Sequence record: MW735835.1
DNA length: 64,000 nucleotides
Strand: one strand, 5' to 3'
The translations under genes were made by a program, and so were the position numbers. This document shows positions 47,535-57,630 of this stretch, one piece after another (the stretch's first letter is position 1; each line of letters opens with the position of its first letter). The notes beneath the pieces were generated by a model. That model saw only the letters and a program-made list of their open reading frames with translations. It ran no database searches and was not told where the DNA came from.

Positions 47535-50105
47535 ATGACCTCCGATGACTTTCTGATCGACCACGCGTACAAACACGTGTGGTGTGCGCCGGAGCAGGAC
47601 CGGCAGCACATCCTGCGTCCTGCGCGCATCAGCCCTAAAGTCGGGGCTCGTGGAAGTACTGACGTGTTGTGGAACACGTTCAACCTGCCCACCGAAAAAG
47701 AACGCTACCATGTCTTCCAGTTCGGCAACATCGCTCAGAGCAACCTTGATCTGAAGCTGACGCGGAACACCTGGACGAGCGCCAGCTCCCAGATGGTGGA
47801 CAGCATGATGCTGGTGGACATCTACACCGAAAGGGGGTTGATGATTCCGCGTCGGTTGGCGTACTTCCTGATGACCAACGATGGCAACATCGTGATTGCT
47901 GTGGAACACCTGCCGAACATCGGTGACTTCGGTCGCGAAGATATCTACGTTCGTTTCTACAGCAACCAGTTCTTCGCTCGTTTGGACGTGCCCGATGACG
48001 AAGAAGGCATCGAGTACCATTACGGCAAACCGGCCAGCACGGGTCAGCTGAACGCCCTGACGTTCAAGCTGCGCGACCTGCGCCTGAAGTCCGGTTACAC
48101 CTTCGCCTTCGTCAATGGCTGGCGAGTGAACGAGATCAACAACGCAACGGTGGCCATTGGTGACCGGGTGGAGTTGGTCCGTGACAGTTCCGTGGTGCGT
48201 GTAGAAGAGTTCGAGGTCAAAGACCTGCCGGTGTTCCTCTCCGAGTTCGACGAGTGCCAGAAGTACTTGATCCATTCCAAGGTTCCGAACGATGACCAGA
48301 TCTGGTATCGCGACGACCAGGACCTGTTCCTGTACTACAAGAAGACGCCGTTTGTCCACAAGGGCATTTATTACCACAAGAACCAGGAAGACTCCATCCG
48401 CATGGTCACGCATCGGGACTACTCGATTCCGACCGCGTACGTCGACCGGTTCCTGACGCAGAACCCCAACTGGGCGGTGAACAGCCAGCTCACGGTTCAG
48501 CTCGTGGTACGGCGCTCCGGCATGGACAAGGAGCTGATGAGTGAGGCTCACCACATCAAAGAACTGTACAAGTTCGATGACGCGGATTGGCTGGCTGCCA
48601 TCATCGGTACTGAGGCCGTAGTGGACGTGTGGCGGATCGAAGAACTCGAGAAGTCCATGTACACCGCGCTGATGCGCGCCCCTGCCGGTACCATCACCCG
48701 CGAGATGGTCGAAGCCGCTTATGGTTACAACACCATCGCCCGGATCGTGGCGGACACCCCTCAAAAGGTGCCCGGTCCCAAGCAGTGGGTCGAACTCCCG
48801 TTTGGCCTGCGTGGCGAAAGCACCATCTACGAGTACGACTCCTCTGGCAAGTTGCTCGGTTGGTACGCCAACCAGAACGTGCAGTGGTACGTGCCTCGGT
48901 CGCTGCGTTGCAGCTACATCGAAGGCATTGTGGGCAAAGGCACGGACGTGCTCAGCACGGTCTACGCTGGCAACCACAAGCCTGCCGCTGGCCTGACCTA
49001 TCGTTGCTACATCACCGCCATCGAGAACGGTTACCCCACCGGTGACTGGATCGACGTGACCGGGGATGACACCAAATACGACCTCATCGATGGGGAAGTG
49101 GTGTGGAAGGTCAACCCGCTGTTGTTTTACACCGCAATCAAGATGGACGATTCCTTCTTGACCTACAACCTCGAACTCGATTACGCGGACGGGTTGCTGC
49201 GGTTCAGTCTGAACGTGAAGGAGCTGCGCATCAACGGCATCCTTTACACCGGGCTGGTGGAGATCCCGGCAGGGTTGCTGGAGATCTGGTTGAACGGTTG
49301 CCCGCTGATCGAGAAACTCGATTGGTACATGGAAGGCAAGGAAATCGTCATCGTCAACAAGCAGTACCGCAACCGGACTGGCACGTCGAATACCATCACC
49401 ATTCGCCACACCGGCTTCTGCAACCCGGACATGACCCGGGTGAAAGAGTCGGAGTACGGTTGGGTGGAGAACGGTCTCCTGAGCCGGAACAACCGCTGGA
49501 ACCTGCGGGACGACAAAGTGGTGCGTGTCATCGCTGATGGCCGTATCTGGAGCCGAGAAGAATTGAGCTGGGCAGAAGACCGCCCAGAAGTGGTCTTGCC
49601 GGGTGTGCGCAATGGTGCAGCTTATCAGGTCACCGAACCGCTCATCCCGCTGCGCGGCGTGACGTTCGAGGATGCCTACGAGATGCGCGATGTGGCGGAA
49701 GCCACGGACAAGCAGATCGAGGATTACATGACCGAGCGTCTGGGTGAAGTCCCACCGCAAGAGTTCAACCCGATTCCGTTCCGCCACACGCTGTACAGTC
49801 CCTTCGTGGGCAAGCTGATGCATGACCTGATCAGCGGGTACTTCGATCAAACCCCTCTGACCGATTACTACAGCGACGTGGATGTGCGTAAGTGGTGCGA
49901 ACCCTACGTCTGGTTGCTCAAGTACGAGCCGACCAAGCGTAACCTCGACGAGCGGTACGTCGTTGTGGATGCGCATGAGCGCGTAGAGCCGTTCCGGCTG
50001 CCGATTCACCAGTACAACTTCTTGGCCCGCGCCATCAAGGTGATGCTGGACGACAAGATCGACATCACGCACTCGATTCTGATCGACCACCTGCCCATTG
50101 AATAA
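47535..50105 (+). CDS. Large virion/baseplate protein (phiKZ gp27 position)
   Basis: Long biased ORF; W..WCAPEQDRQ N-terminus typical of this family (from memory). ATG 47535 chosen over GTG 47526. Confidence 0.65.
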   Translation: MTSDDFLIDHAYKHVWCAPEQDRQHILRPARISPKVGARGSTDVLWNTFNLPTEKERYHVFQFGNIAQSNLDLKLTRNTWTSASSQMVDSMMLVDIYTERGLMIPRRLAYFLMTNDGNIVIAVEHLPNIGDFGREDIYVRFYSNQFFARLDVPDDEEGIEYHYGKPASTGQLNALTFKLRDLRLKSGYTFAFVNGWRVNEINNATVAIGDRVELVRDSSVVRVEEFEVKDLPVFLSEFDECQKYLIHSKVPNDDQIWYRDDQDLFLYYKKTPFVHKGIYYHKNQEDSIRMVTHRDYSIPTAYVDRFLTQNPNWAVNSQLTVQLVVRRSGMDKELMSEAHHIKELYKFDDADWLAAIIGTEAVVDVWRIEELEKSMYTALMRAPAGTITREMVEAAYGYNTIARIVADTPQKVPGPKQWVELPFGLRGESTIYEYDSSGKLLGWYANQNVQWYVPRSLRCSYIEGIVGKGTDVLSTVYAGNHKPAAGLTYRCYITAIENGYPTGDWIDVTGDDTKYDLIDGEVVWKVNPLLFYTAIKMDDSFLTYNLELDYADGLLRFSLNVKELRINGILYTGLVEIPAGLLEIWLNGCPLIEKLDWYMEGKEIVIVNKQYRNRTGTSNTITIRHTGFCNPDMTRVKESEYGWVENGLLSRNNRWNLRDDKVVRVIADGRIWSREELSWAEDRPEVVLPGVRNGAAYQVTEPLIPLRGVTFEDAYEMRDVAEATDKQIEDYMTERLGEVPPQEFNPIPFRHTLYSPFVGKLMHDLISGYFDQTPLTDYYSDVDVRKWCEPYVWLLKYEPTKRNLDERYVVVDAHERVEPFRLPIHQYNFLARAIKVMLDDKIDITHSILIDHLPIE

Positions 50106-50143
50106 CCTCAGGAGCACGGGGACAGTGTCCCCGTGATGAATAG

Positions 50144-51820
50144 ATGAGTACTGTCGACGATATCCCATTGGTGGGTGAGGTAAACCTCGAGCGAGGTTGG
50201 AAGATCTGGAACATGAAACAGATCTTCACCGGTCTGCCGGGTACTGGCAAGATCTGTCCCAACGTGGACGACCTGGTCATCGACCTCAAGACTGGCTGGT
50301 ACCTGGTGACCACCATCGACATTACCACCGGTAAGTGCACCATGATCCCGTGGACGCTGCCGATGGTCAGTCAGAACAACGTGGTCGTGGACCAACTGCT
50401 CGGCGTAGGCACCGGTGCTCAGTCCGAGACCTGGCGCGTCTACATCGACACCCGTCAGATGCCCTACTCGATGCAGATCGATGGCCGTCTGCACCTGTAC
50501 CGCAGCGATGCGGATCACTACAAGGTGTTCCTCGGCACTGACATCAGCGAGAACGGCACCCTGATCTCGGCGAGTTACTCGCCGTCGGGCGAATACCAGA
50601 ACGAGAACATCGGTCTGGAGCATGTTGGTGATGACAACATCAACAACTGGGCCATCTGGGCTCCGAAAGCAGGCAACACCAACCGCCGCCTGAACAACGG
50701 CGAAGTGGTCACGGTGGTGCTGTACAACGCTGTCGGCAATGCGCTGAGCCATTCGTCCATGCTGGTGGAAAACACCACGCTGGTACGCCGTACTGCGGCT
50801 GGCCTCAAGCACATCAAGTCCATCGGCATCAGTTCGCCGTACCTGTCGGAATCCGACCCGTCTCAACTGGTGGTCCCGATCAACGTGGACCTGCGTACCG
50901 TCACCCTGACCGGTGTCGTGCGCTACAACACCGGTGAAGAACTGGAAGTGCCGATCGTTCAAGACGGTACCGGCAAGATGTCCCTGCACGGCCTACGGTG
51001 GTATTCGCCGACCATTCAGTCGTACCCGCACAAGCTCACCCTGAGCTACCGTTTGAGCGAGGATGAGTTCTCTCTCGAGCACGGTGTGACCGAAGAAGGC
51101 TACATCACCGAACCGTTCACCATCAAGGCTGTAGCGGCAGAAGGCGCTTATAGTGTGCGGCTCTACGCCTTCCCGACCTGGAATTCTCCAGCGTCGCGTT
51201 ACGACCTGGATTTCTGGCTCTTCAATATCGACCGCGACCAGTACTACCGTGTACCGCGTTCGATCGTGGAAATCCCGGACAACGAAGTGGCCTTCGACGG
51301 CTCCGACTTCATCTCGCGTCAGCGTCTGAAGTTCGGCCTGCTCCTGAGCAACGTCGATCCGATTTTCCCGCAACACAAGTTCGTGCAGTCTGCTGAGATC
51401 GCTCTCAACAAGGCTGGCTCGGAAACCGGAGACAAGTGGCAGGTCAAGTGTGACCCGTCGCAAGAGAAGTTCTTCGGTGCGGGTGTGATTGCGAAGAACC
51501 GTTTCGTCAACGTCAACCTGTCGTACCTCGATCTGAAAGCGGGTGCAGCCGACCTCGATGCTTGGCTGAACAAGATCTACTACCCGCTCAACCATCTGTT
51601 CGACGACACCAGTGAAGTCCGTGCGCCGGAACCGACGCACTTCATCATTCACACCAAGACCCGCGAATATCCGTTTGCGGTGTCTCAGTGGAATCAGGAA
51701 TTCCCGATTCTCAACGATGTGACCATCGGCGAGACCATCTACCTGCGGTGGGTGCGGGAAACCTCCAGCGGCCAGCTTCAGCTGGGCGTGACTGGTCTGG
51801 CTATCGAACAGAGCAACTGA
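50144..51820 (+). CDS. Virion protein (558 aa; phiKZ gp26 position)
   Basis: Beta-rich ORF directly upstream of terminase. Confidence 0.65.
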   Translation: MSTVDDIPLVGEVNLERGWKIWNMKQIFTGLPGTGKICPNVDDLVIDLKTGWYLVTTIDITTGKCTMIPWTLPMVSQNNVVVDQLLGVGTGAQSETWRVYIDTRQMPYSMQIDGRLHLYRSDADHYKVFLGTDISENGTLISASYSPSGEYQNENIGLEHVGDDNINNWAIWAPKAGNTNRRLNNGEVVTVVLYNAVGNALSHSSMLVENTTLVRRTAAGLKHIKSIGISSPYLSESDPSQLVVPINVDLRTVTLTGVVRYNTGEELEVPIVQDGTGKMSLHGLRWYSPTIQSYPHKLTLSYRLSEDEFSLEHGVTEEGYITEPFTIKAVAAEGAYSVRLYAFPTWNSPASRYDLDFWLFNIDRDQYYRVPRSIVEIPDNEVAFDGSDFISRQRLKFGLLLSNVDPIFPQHKFVQSAEIALNKAGSETGDKWQVKCDPSQEKFFGAGVIAKNRFVNVNLSYLDLKAGAADLDAWLNKIYYPLNHLFDDTSEVRAPEPTHFIIHTKTREYPFAVSQWNQEFPILNDVTIGETIYLRWVRETSSGQLQLGVTGLAIEQSN

Positions 51821-51830
51821 TAGGGGCATG

Positions 51831-51866
51831 GGGCTGTCGGGGAAACCCGACAGTCCTGTGTGCCGT
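51831..51866 (+). terminator. Hairpin with GAAA loop plus TGTGTGCCGT
   Basis: GGGCTGTCGGG-GAAA-CCCGACAGTCC-tgtgtgccgt. Confidence 0.6.
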
Positions 51867-51901
51867 TCGACGCGATTTGACCAATCGCCTAGGGAAAGAC
51901 C

Positions 51902-54121
51902 ATGGAAACAATTCTCTTCAAGCGGGACTGGGACCGATACCCGACCGCGATTTGGGACCTCGAGACCAAGAACGAATCGTTCCTCGAATTCTCAGCCTTG
52001 CTGAAACACATGGGCGTCGAGAACCATCTCTTCATGCTTGCGCTCATGCAGCCAGACCTGCAAGGTGTCGACCCGTTCGACCCGTTCTTGACCGAAGAGC
52101 AAAAGCTCAAGATCAAGATCGAATGTACGTTCAACCCCTGGTACTTCATCCGTGAAGTGATGCGCGTACCACCAGCTGCGGGTGACACCCCGATGAAGCT
52201 GGAAGCCAACCGGGGCAACATCTCCTTGTGGTGGAGCTTCCTCAACCACATCGACTACTTCCTCGTGCAGATCCGTCAGACCGGTAAGTCGCTGAACTCT
52301 GACGGTATCTCCGTGTGGTACCAGGTCTTCGGTGCCCGTAACTCCCGTTCCAACTTGTTCACCAAGGGTGACTTGTTCAAGGAACACATTGCCCGTCTGA
52401 AGAAACTGCGGGGCTTGCTGCCCAAGTATCTGGTTAACATTGTCAAGAAGGACACGGACAACCAGAAAGAGTTCACCAACATGTCCCAGGGCAACCGCAT
52501 GGTGGTGTACATCCCGCAGAAAGACGAAGAAGCCGCCCGTAACCTGGGCCGGGGTCTGACTACCCCGCACAGCCACACTGACGAAATTGCATTCTTGAAG
52601 AACGTGCACATCTCGCTCGGTGTTATGCTGGCAGGTGGTGGTGCTGCTCGTGAAGAAGCGGCACGCAACGGCCTCCCGTACGGCAACATCTTCACCACTA
52701 CTGCTGGCGAACTGGACACCAAGGAAGGGGCTTACGCCTACGACCTGATGACCGGTGGGGCAGAGTGGAACGACAGCTTCTACGACTGTGCCAACAGCAC
52801 GGAACTGTACGAAGTCGTCCGTAAGCAATGCCGCAACAAAGACGCGATCCTCATCAACGGTACCTTCAACCACAAACAGCTCGGCAAGACCGATGCGTGG
52901 CTGCGGACCAAGATCGCTGAATCCCGTCAGACTGGTGACGAAGTCCGCCGTGACTACCTCAACGAATGGACCTCGGGTAACGCCCGAAACCCGCTGTCGA
53001 AAGATACCCTGCGGAAGATCCATGCGTCGGTAACCAAACCCACCTACCTCGAAATCGACAAGATGGATCACTACTCCATCCGTTGGTACATCCCGCAGTG
53101 GGAAGTCGAGGCTGGGATACCGAACCGTGAACTCACCATGGGCATGGATACATCCAACGCCGTGGGTCGAGACAACATCACTGGTGTGATCATTGACAAC
53201 AGTACCCTCGAGGTCGTGGGTGCGTGGACGGTCAACGACTCCAACCTCACTGTGTTTGCGATGTGGCTCGCCAAGATCCTCGTCCGCTTCCAGAAACTCA
53301 CGATGGTGCCCGAATCCAAGTCTACCTGGATCGGTATCCTCGACACCCTGTTGCTTACGCTGCCGACCCACAAGATCGATCCGTGCAAACGGATCTACTC
53401 GACCTTGGTGGATGCCAAGGACCAGTCGCCAGATGACCGTAGGCGTTACCACGAATACATCGGAGACCGGGACAACTACCGGTCGTACCGCAAGCACTTC
53501 GGTTTCCCCACCAACTCCCAGCTGCGTGAGATCATCTATGGTCCCGTGTTGCAGGAAGCGGCGAAGAAGACCGGTGCAGTGGTCCGCGATGCCAAACTTC
53601 AGGCAGAACTGTCGCGCCTCGTAGAGCGGAACGGTCGAATCGACCACGATGCCTCGGGTCACGACGACCACGTCATCAGTTGGTTGCTGTGCCACTGGTT
53701 CCTCACCTATGGCCGCAACCTCGAGCACTACGGCATTACCCTCAGTGAAGTGAAGCGTCGTGTATACGAAGCCGAACACAAGCTGTCCTGGGAAGAACAA
53801 CGCCGTTACGACCAGCAGCAAGACATCCGTGACGAGATCACTCAAATCGGTGAGCGCATCAGCCAAGAACGCAACACGTTCGAGCGGATCAAGCTTCAGC
53901 ACCGCTTGGAACTCTTGCTTCTGCAAGTCAGTGACGAGTTCGAAATGGAAGGGGCACAATCCCTAGACCAGATCAAGGAGAACAGTCGTGAGAAGTTGAA
54001 TATCGTCAACCGGAACTTCGGTCCGGGACGAGAACTCGAATTCGAACGACCGCTCAACTTGAACATGACGCAGCGTCGAGCCTATTCGATGCCGAGTCGC
54101 CAGAACGTGGTTGTTTGTTGA
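51902..54121 (+). CDS. terL: Terminase large subunit
   Basis: Walker A QIRQTGKS, Walker B HTDEIAF, nuclease MGMDTS...RD and HDDHVISW; uninterrupted. Confidence 0.92.
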   Translation: METILFKRDWDRYPTAIWDLETKNESFLEFSALLKHMGVENHLFMLALMQPDLQGVDPFDPFLTEEQKLKIKIECTFNPWYFIREVMRVPPAAGDTPMKLEANRGNISLWWSFLNHIDYFLVQIRQTGKSLNSDGISVWYQVFGARNSRSNLFTKGDLFKEHIARLKKLRGLLPKYLVNIVKKDTDNQKEFTNMSQGNRMVVYIPQKDEEAARNLGRGLTTPHSHTDEIAFLKNVHISLGVMLAGGGAAREEAARNGLPYGNIFTTTAGELDTKEGAYAYDLMTGGAEWNDSFYDCANSTELYEVVRKQCRNKDAILINGTFNHKQLGKTDAWLRTKIAESRQTGDEVRRDYLNEWTSGNARNPLSKDTLRKIHASVTKPTYLEIDKMDHYSIRWYIPQWEVEAGIPNRELTMGMDTSNAVGRDNITGVIIDNSTLEVVGAWTVNDSNLTVFAMWLAKILVRFQKLTMVPESKSTWIGILDTLLLTLPTHKIDPCKRIYSTLVDAKDQSPDDRRRYHEYIGDRDNYRSYRKHFGFPTNSQLREIIYGPVLQEAAKKTGAVVRDAKLQAELSRLVERNGRIDHDASGHDDHVISWLLCHWFLTYGRNLEHYGITLSEVKRRVYEAEHKLSWEEQRRYDQQQDIRDEITQIGERISQERNTFERIKLQHRLELLLLQVSDEFEMEGAQSLDQIKENSREKLNIVNRNFGPGRELEFERPLNLNMTQRRAYSMPSRQNVVVC

Positions 54122-54123
54122 TG

Positions 54124-54163
54124 CGGCATACAGGGCAGGCCACTTGGCCTGCCCTGTATGTTG
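54124..54163. terminator. Convergent CGGCATA...TATG hairpin
   Basis: CATACAGGGCAGGCCA-CT-TGGCCTGCCCTGTATG at 54127-54160. Confidence 0.75.
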
Positions 54164-55039
54164 TCAGTGCGTTTCCAGCCACACCAGCATGCGCAGGTGG
54201 TTGGCGATGGAGCGTGCTCGGGCGAACAGTGCACAGAGGATCTCGCTGTTGAGCGGGTTCTGCATTTCACGGTCAATGAACTGGATGATCCGATGGGGTT
54301 CTTCATCGGTTCTGGCCAACTCACGGAACGATTGCAGTTTGGAGATCTCGACATCCATGGGTGGAAACACTGCGTCGATCTGATCAGCTACTGCATCGAA
54401 GCGTGCGGCCCAATGGACCATCGACTTGGCTTTCTCCGCATCCAAGCGGATCGGGTAGGCCGATTGACCGTAGTCAGGGCGCTGAGGGACCTGGAAGGTC
54501 ACCAGAACGTCACCGCGGAACGGAGAGACCTTGACCAAGGGTGCCTTCTCGCGCATGCCCAGTAGGCACGGCCGGACTTCCGAGAGGATCTCAGCAGCCG
54601 TCTTAGGACGACGAGCGAGTTCGACATCCTTGTTGATGACGTCGAGGCGGTAGGTGGTCATCTGCGCCCAGCCCAGGAAGGCAAAGATCCGAGTCTGCAC
54701 CATGCCAATGATGACCTGGTACATCTTGACCTCGGCCTCCAGTGCTCGGAACACCGCATCACCCAAAGGCTCACCGCCCAGCATCAACCAGGCGGCTACT
54801 GGGGTCTCGAATGACTTGGCCTCCTTACGGTACTCAGCCCGATCCAACCACTCATCCGTGTAGTGGTACTCCGACCCAGGGCGATTCCATGGACCGCTGG
54901 TGATCTTCTGAGTGCCGTAGATCGACGGCAATTCAAAACTACCAAAGATACGACCGAACTTCGACTCGGATTCCATGGAAACTCCAGCAGTCTCCTCACC
55001 TGCATAATTGGCACGCAGATACGCTTCGACGGTGGTCAT
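54164..55039 (-). CDS. Putative head protein with short propeptide (291 aa)
   Basis: N-terminal EETAGVSMESES matches the protease motif. Confidence 0.6.
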   Translation of the reverse strand: MTTVEAYLRANYAGEETAGVSMESESKFGRIFGSFELPSIYGTQKITSGPWNRPGSEYHYTDEWLDRAEYRKEAKSFETPVAAWLMLGGEPLGDAVFRALEAEVKMYQVIIGMVQTRIFAFLGWAQMTTYRLDVINKDVELARRPKTAAEILSEVRPCLLGMREKAPLVKVSPFRGDVLVTFQVPQRPDYGQSAYPIRLDAEKAKSMVHWAARFDAVADQIDAVFPPMDVEISKLQSFRELARTDEEPHRIIQFIDREMQNPLNSEILCALFARARSIANHLRMLVWLETH

Positions 55040-55041
55040 TG

Positions 55042-56304
55042 TTAGCTTTTCCTGTAATAGCTCATGGTGATGGTCCGTGCCACGATGTACAGGATGACGC
55101 CTGTCCGGATCGAGTTCACGAGGTTGTCGTTCTTGGTCTTCACGGCCTTGCGGATGATCTTCTCGCCCACGGTGCGCATTTGCATGAGCAGGTCGTTGTT
55201 CGAACGCGAGGCCTTGTACAGGTTGCTCAGTTTCGACAACAGGGCGGGGATGTCATTGGTGCGGATGGTGTTGCGGTTAGCCGCAATGAAGTCGAACAGG
55301 TGCTCGAGCGTCAAGTCTACCAACTTGGCCACATCAGGATCGCCCTTGAGTTTGGACGACTTGCTGGTGATGTACTCCAGTGCCTGGACCATGTTGTGGA
55401 GCGGCAGTTTTGGCATGGTGGATGCCACGATCTCGACCAGCTCCTGCACAATGAAGCTGTTGCGGTCAACGATGATCTCGTCGAGGTAACGACGATAAGT
55501 GGCGTACATGGACTTCTTGTTCTTGACGACCACTTCACCGTCCATGTTCACCGTGGTGTTGCTGTTGGTGCGGATCAGTGCAGTGGGATCGCGACGAACG
55601 ATCTCGAACTCATCCCGGATGTTCTTCAGGTAGCCTTTGATTCGGCCCTGGATGTCGTTCACCATGTAGATGATGTCGTAGTCATCGTCGAACTTCTGGT
55701 ACGTCTTGTTCTTGGTGTGCGGGGACGCCGCTTCCACGGTGGCCTCGGCACGGTACTGAAGCAGCGCGCCCCAGCTACCCAGTTCCTTGAGCTTGTACTT
55801 CTTCGGCAGGCGGGCATAAGTCGCCACAGCGACCGCTTCGTCAGCCCGGTTGGGGAACCAGTAAGCCAAGATCGAGGTGATGAACTTGTATTCCAGGATC
55901 AGCAGGGTGTCGATGATCGCACTGTGCTTTTCCTTGTCGTTCAGGTGGGTGGAATTGAAGATCTTGTGGACGACCCAGAGGCACGACAGGTTCATCACGT
56001 CCGTGGAGACGTAACGGACCTTCTTGGGATCGGGCACCAAGGTCGACAGAGTGAGCAAGTCTTCCTGAAGCGACACATCATCGATGTCAAGCACGGTGGC
56101 GAACCACTCGTTCCGGTCAGCACGGGTGAAACGGACATCTTGAACGCCCATCAAGTGACCGCCGAAGAAGGCTACGTGATCGTCGTTCTTGTTGGCAAAG
56201 TTTTGCCGGTACGTCTGAAGACGTCTGATGAAGGTGCGGTCTGCGACGATGTGCGAACCTGCCTCGTCAAACAGCGACTTCACATTGGGGGCGGGGGTTG
56301 ACAT
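55042..56304 (-). CDS. Conserved-type hypothetical/virion protein (420 aa)
   Basis: Start reassigned to MSTPAPNV (TATG context, CAGGA SD); helical. Confidence 0.7.
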   Translation of the reverse strand: MSTPAPNVKSLFDEAGSHIVADRTFIRRLQTYRQNFANKNDDHVAFFGGHLMGVQDVRFTRADRNEWFATVLDIDDVSLQEDLLTLSTLVPDPKKVRYVSTDVMNLSCLWVVHKIFNSTHLNDKEKHSAIIDTLLILEYKFITSILAYWFPNRADEAVAVATYARLPKKYKLKELGSWGALLQYRAEATVEAASPHTKNKTYQKFDDDYDIIYMVNDIQGRIKGYLKNIRDEFEIVRRDPTALIRTNSNTTVNMDGEVVVKNKKSMYATYRRYLDEIIVDRNSFIVQELVEIVASTMPKLPLHNMVQALEYITSKSSKLKGDPDVAKLVDLTLEHLFDFIAANRNTIRTNDIPALLSKLSNLYKASRSNNDLLMQMRTVGEKIIRKAVKTKNDNLVNSIRTGVILYIVARTITMSYYRKS

Positions 56305-56366
56305 AGCTGGTATCCTGTTGGAGACAGTAGCCTGAGTATCATAGCGATACGCGGCTCCATTCGAAA

Positions 56367-56387
56367 TTTCTTCAACCATACATGATA
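56367..56387 (+). promoter_or_regulatory. Candidate early-type promoter TTTCTTCAACCATACATGATA
   Basis: Motif family member upstream of 56435. Confidence 0.55.
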
Positions 56388-56434
56388 ACGGTGACTTAGC
56401 AACACTAACCAGTAATTGCCTTAGGAGTTTTACC

Positions 56435-57055
56435 ATGACCCTCGCTGCCCACCCGGTAATCAAGTTCCTCGCTAACAACGAAACCGAAGTGAACCTGCAC
56501 ATTGACCACGAAGCTCTGGAGACCATCATGAATCAGGAAGATAACCGCCCCATGGCCGATGACCTCTTCGCTCACATCCTGAGCCCTACCCGCATCGTGG
56601 CCAAAGGCGATACCATGGGCATCGGTGCCATCCAGGAAGTGGAAGGTACGCTGACCAGTCGGATCTTCTCGTTGCTGGAAGAGACCCGGGGCTGCAAGTT
56701 GCAAACGGAATTCCGTGAGCGTGCCTGGGATCATCCGGCCTACGAGCTGATTCATGACGAACTCAAGCAGGCTCTGCTGGCGGGTTCGCTGAACAGCAAG
56801 TTCGACCAGATCGAAACCACCGGCGCCGTCGTGGTCTACGACAAGCAGCGTAAGCTGGCGACCATCGGCCTGAACATGGTCGCCATGCGCAGCAACATCC
56901 GTGAGCAGGCATTCCTGATGGCTGACCACAAGAACGCGCGTATCATCGATCGCATCAACGGCGTCCCGGAAGCCAACTTCACCTTCGAGCCGAAGAAGAA
57001 GCCGGAACCGCATGTCGAGATGAGCACCACGTTCTACGTCACCTTCGAACTCTGA
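56435..57055 (+). CDS. Hypothetical early-type protein (206 aa)
   Basis: TAGGAG SD, strong codon bias. Confidence 0.8.
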   Translation: MTLAAHPVIKFLANNETEVNLHIDHEALETIMNQEDNRPMADDLFAHILSPTRIVAKGDTMGIGAIQEVEGTLTSRIFSLLEETRGCKLQTEFRERAWDHPAYELIHDELKQALLAGSLNSKFDQIETTGAVVVYDKQRKLATIGLNMVAMRSNIREQAFLMADHKNARIIDRINGVPEANFTFEPKKKPEPHVEMSTTFYVTFEL

Positions 57056-57159
57056 ACATATCCCCTTGATCCTTACCACAGCCCCAAACCGGCTGTGGCG
57101 CTCCCCCTTAGCCGTTTAACGGCCGGTGTGGTAAGGATCTTTTTTTGCGGACATCCATC

Positions 57160-57573
57160 ATGACACCCCTTGACGTTGCAATCCTTGATTTCAAGGAACT
57201 GGTGAAAGTACACCAAGAGCGGACGAACAATCCGAACCCTCCACCTTTGACCCATGAACTGAAGCGGAAGATCGGTGATACCTTGGACCGTATCGCTGAG
57301 TTTGCTGTGGGGTATCAGAAAGACAGCTTGGTCGGATTACCGATCCTGGAGACTGTGGAATCCATGCGCTGTGTCAGACGGGATATCTACGAGCGACTCC
57401 AGGAAGAAGGTATCGAGTACTCCCATGCTGTCTCCAATGGAACCATCGCATGTGTTCTGACGGACAAGGAGACCGGAGCATCCATGCACGTCTCACTGAG
57501 TGATCGATTCGATCATGAGTTGCTCCATCGACTGTCCTGGGAACGGAAGATGGAGTGGGTAAGTCTCCACTGA
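57160..57573 (+). CDS. Hypothetical protein (137 aa)
   Basis: ORF between hairpins; start uncertain (57145 or 57160). Confidence 0.65.
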   Translation: MTPLDVAILDFKELVKVHQERTNNPNPPPLTHELKRKIGDTLDRIAEFAVGYQKDSLVGLPILETVESMRCVRRDIYERLQEEGIEYSHAVSNGTIACVLTDKETGASMHVSLSDRFDHELLHRLSWERKMEWVSLH

Positions 57574-57577
57574 CAGA

Positions 57578-57614
57578 CATAGAGCCTAGGGATCTCCCTA
57601 GGCTCTTTTCTTTT
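57578..57614 (+). terminator. Intrinsic terminator
   Basis: AGAGCCTAGGGA-TC-TCCCTAGGCTCT then TTTCTTTT. Confidence 0.8.
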
Positions 57615-57630
57615 GAATGAAGGGGGTCTG

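Noticed and set aside
46485-50168. 1227-aa minus-strand ORF
   Set aside because: Antisense to two real virion genes; same codon-bias artefact.
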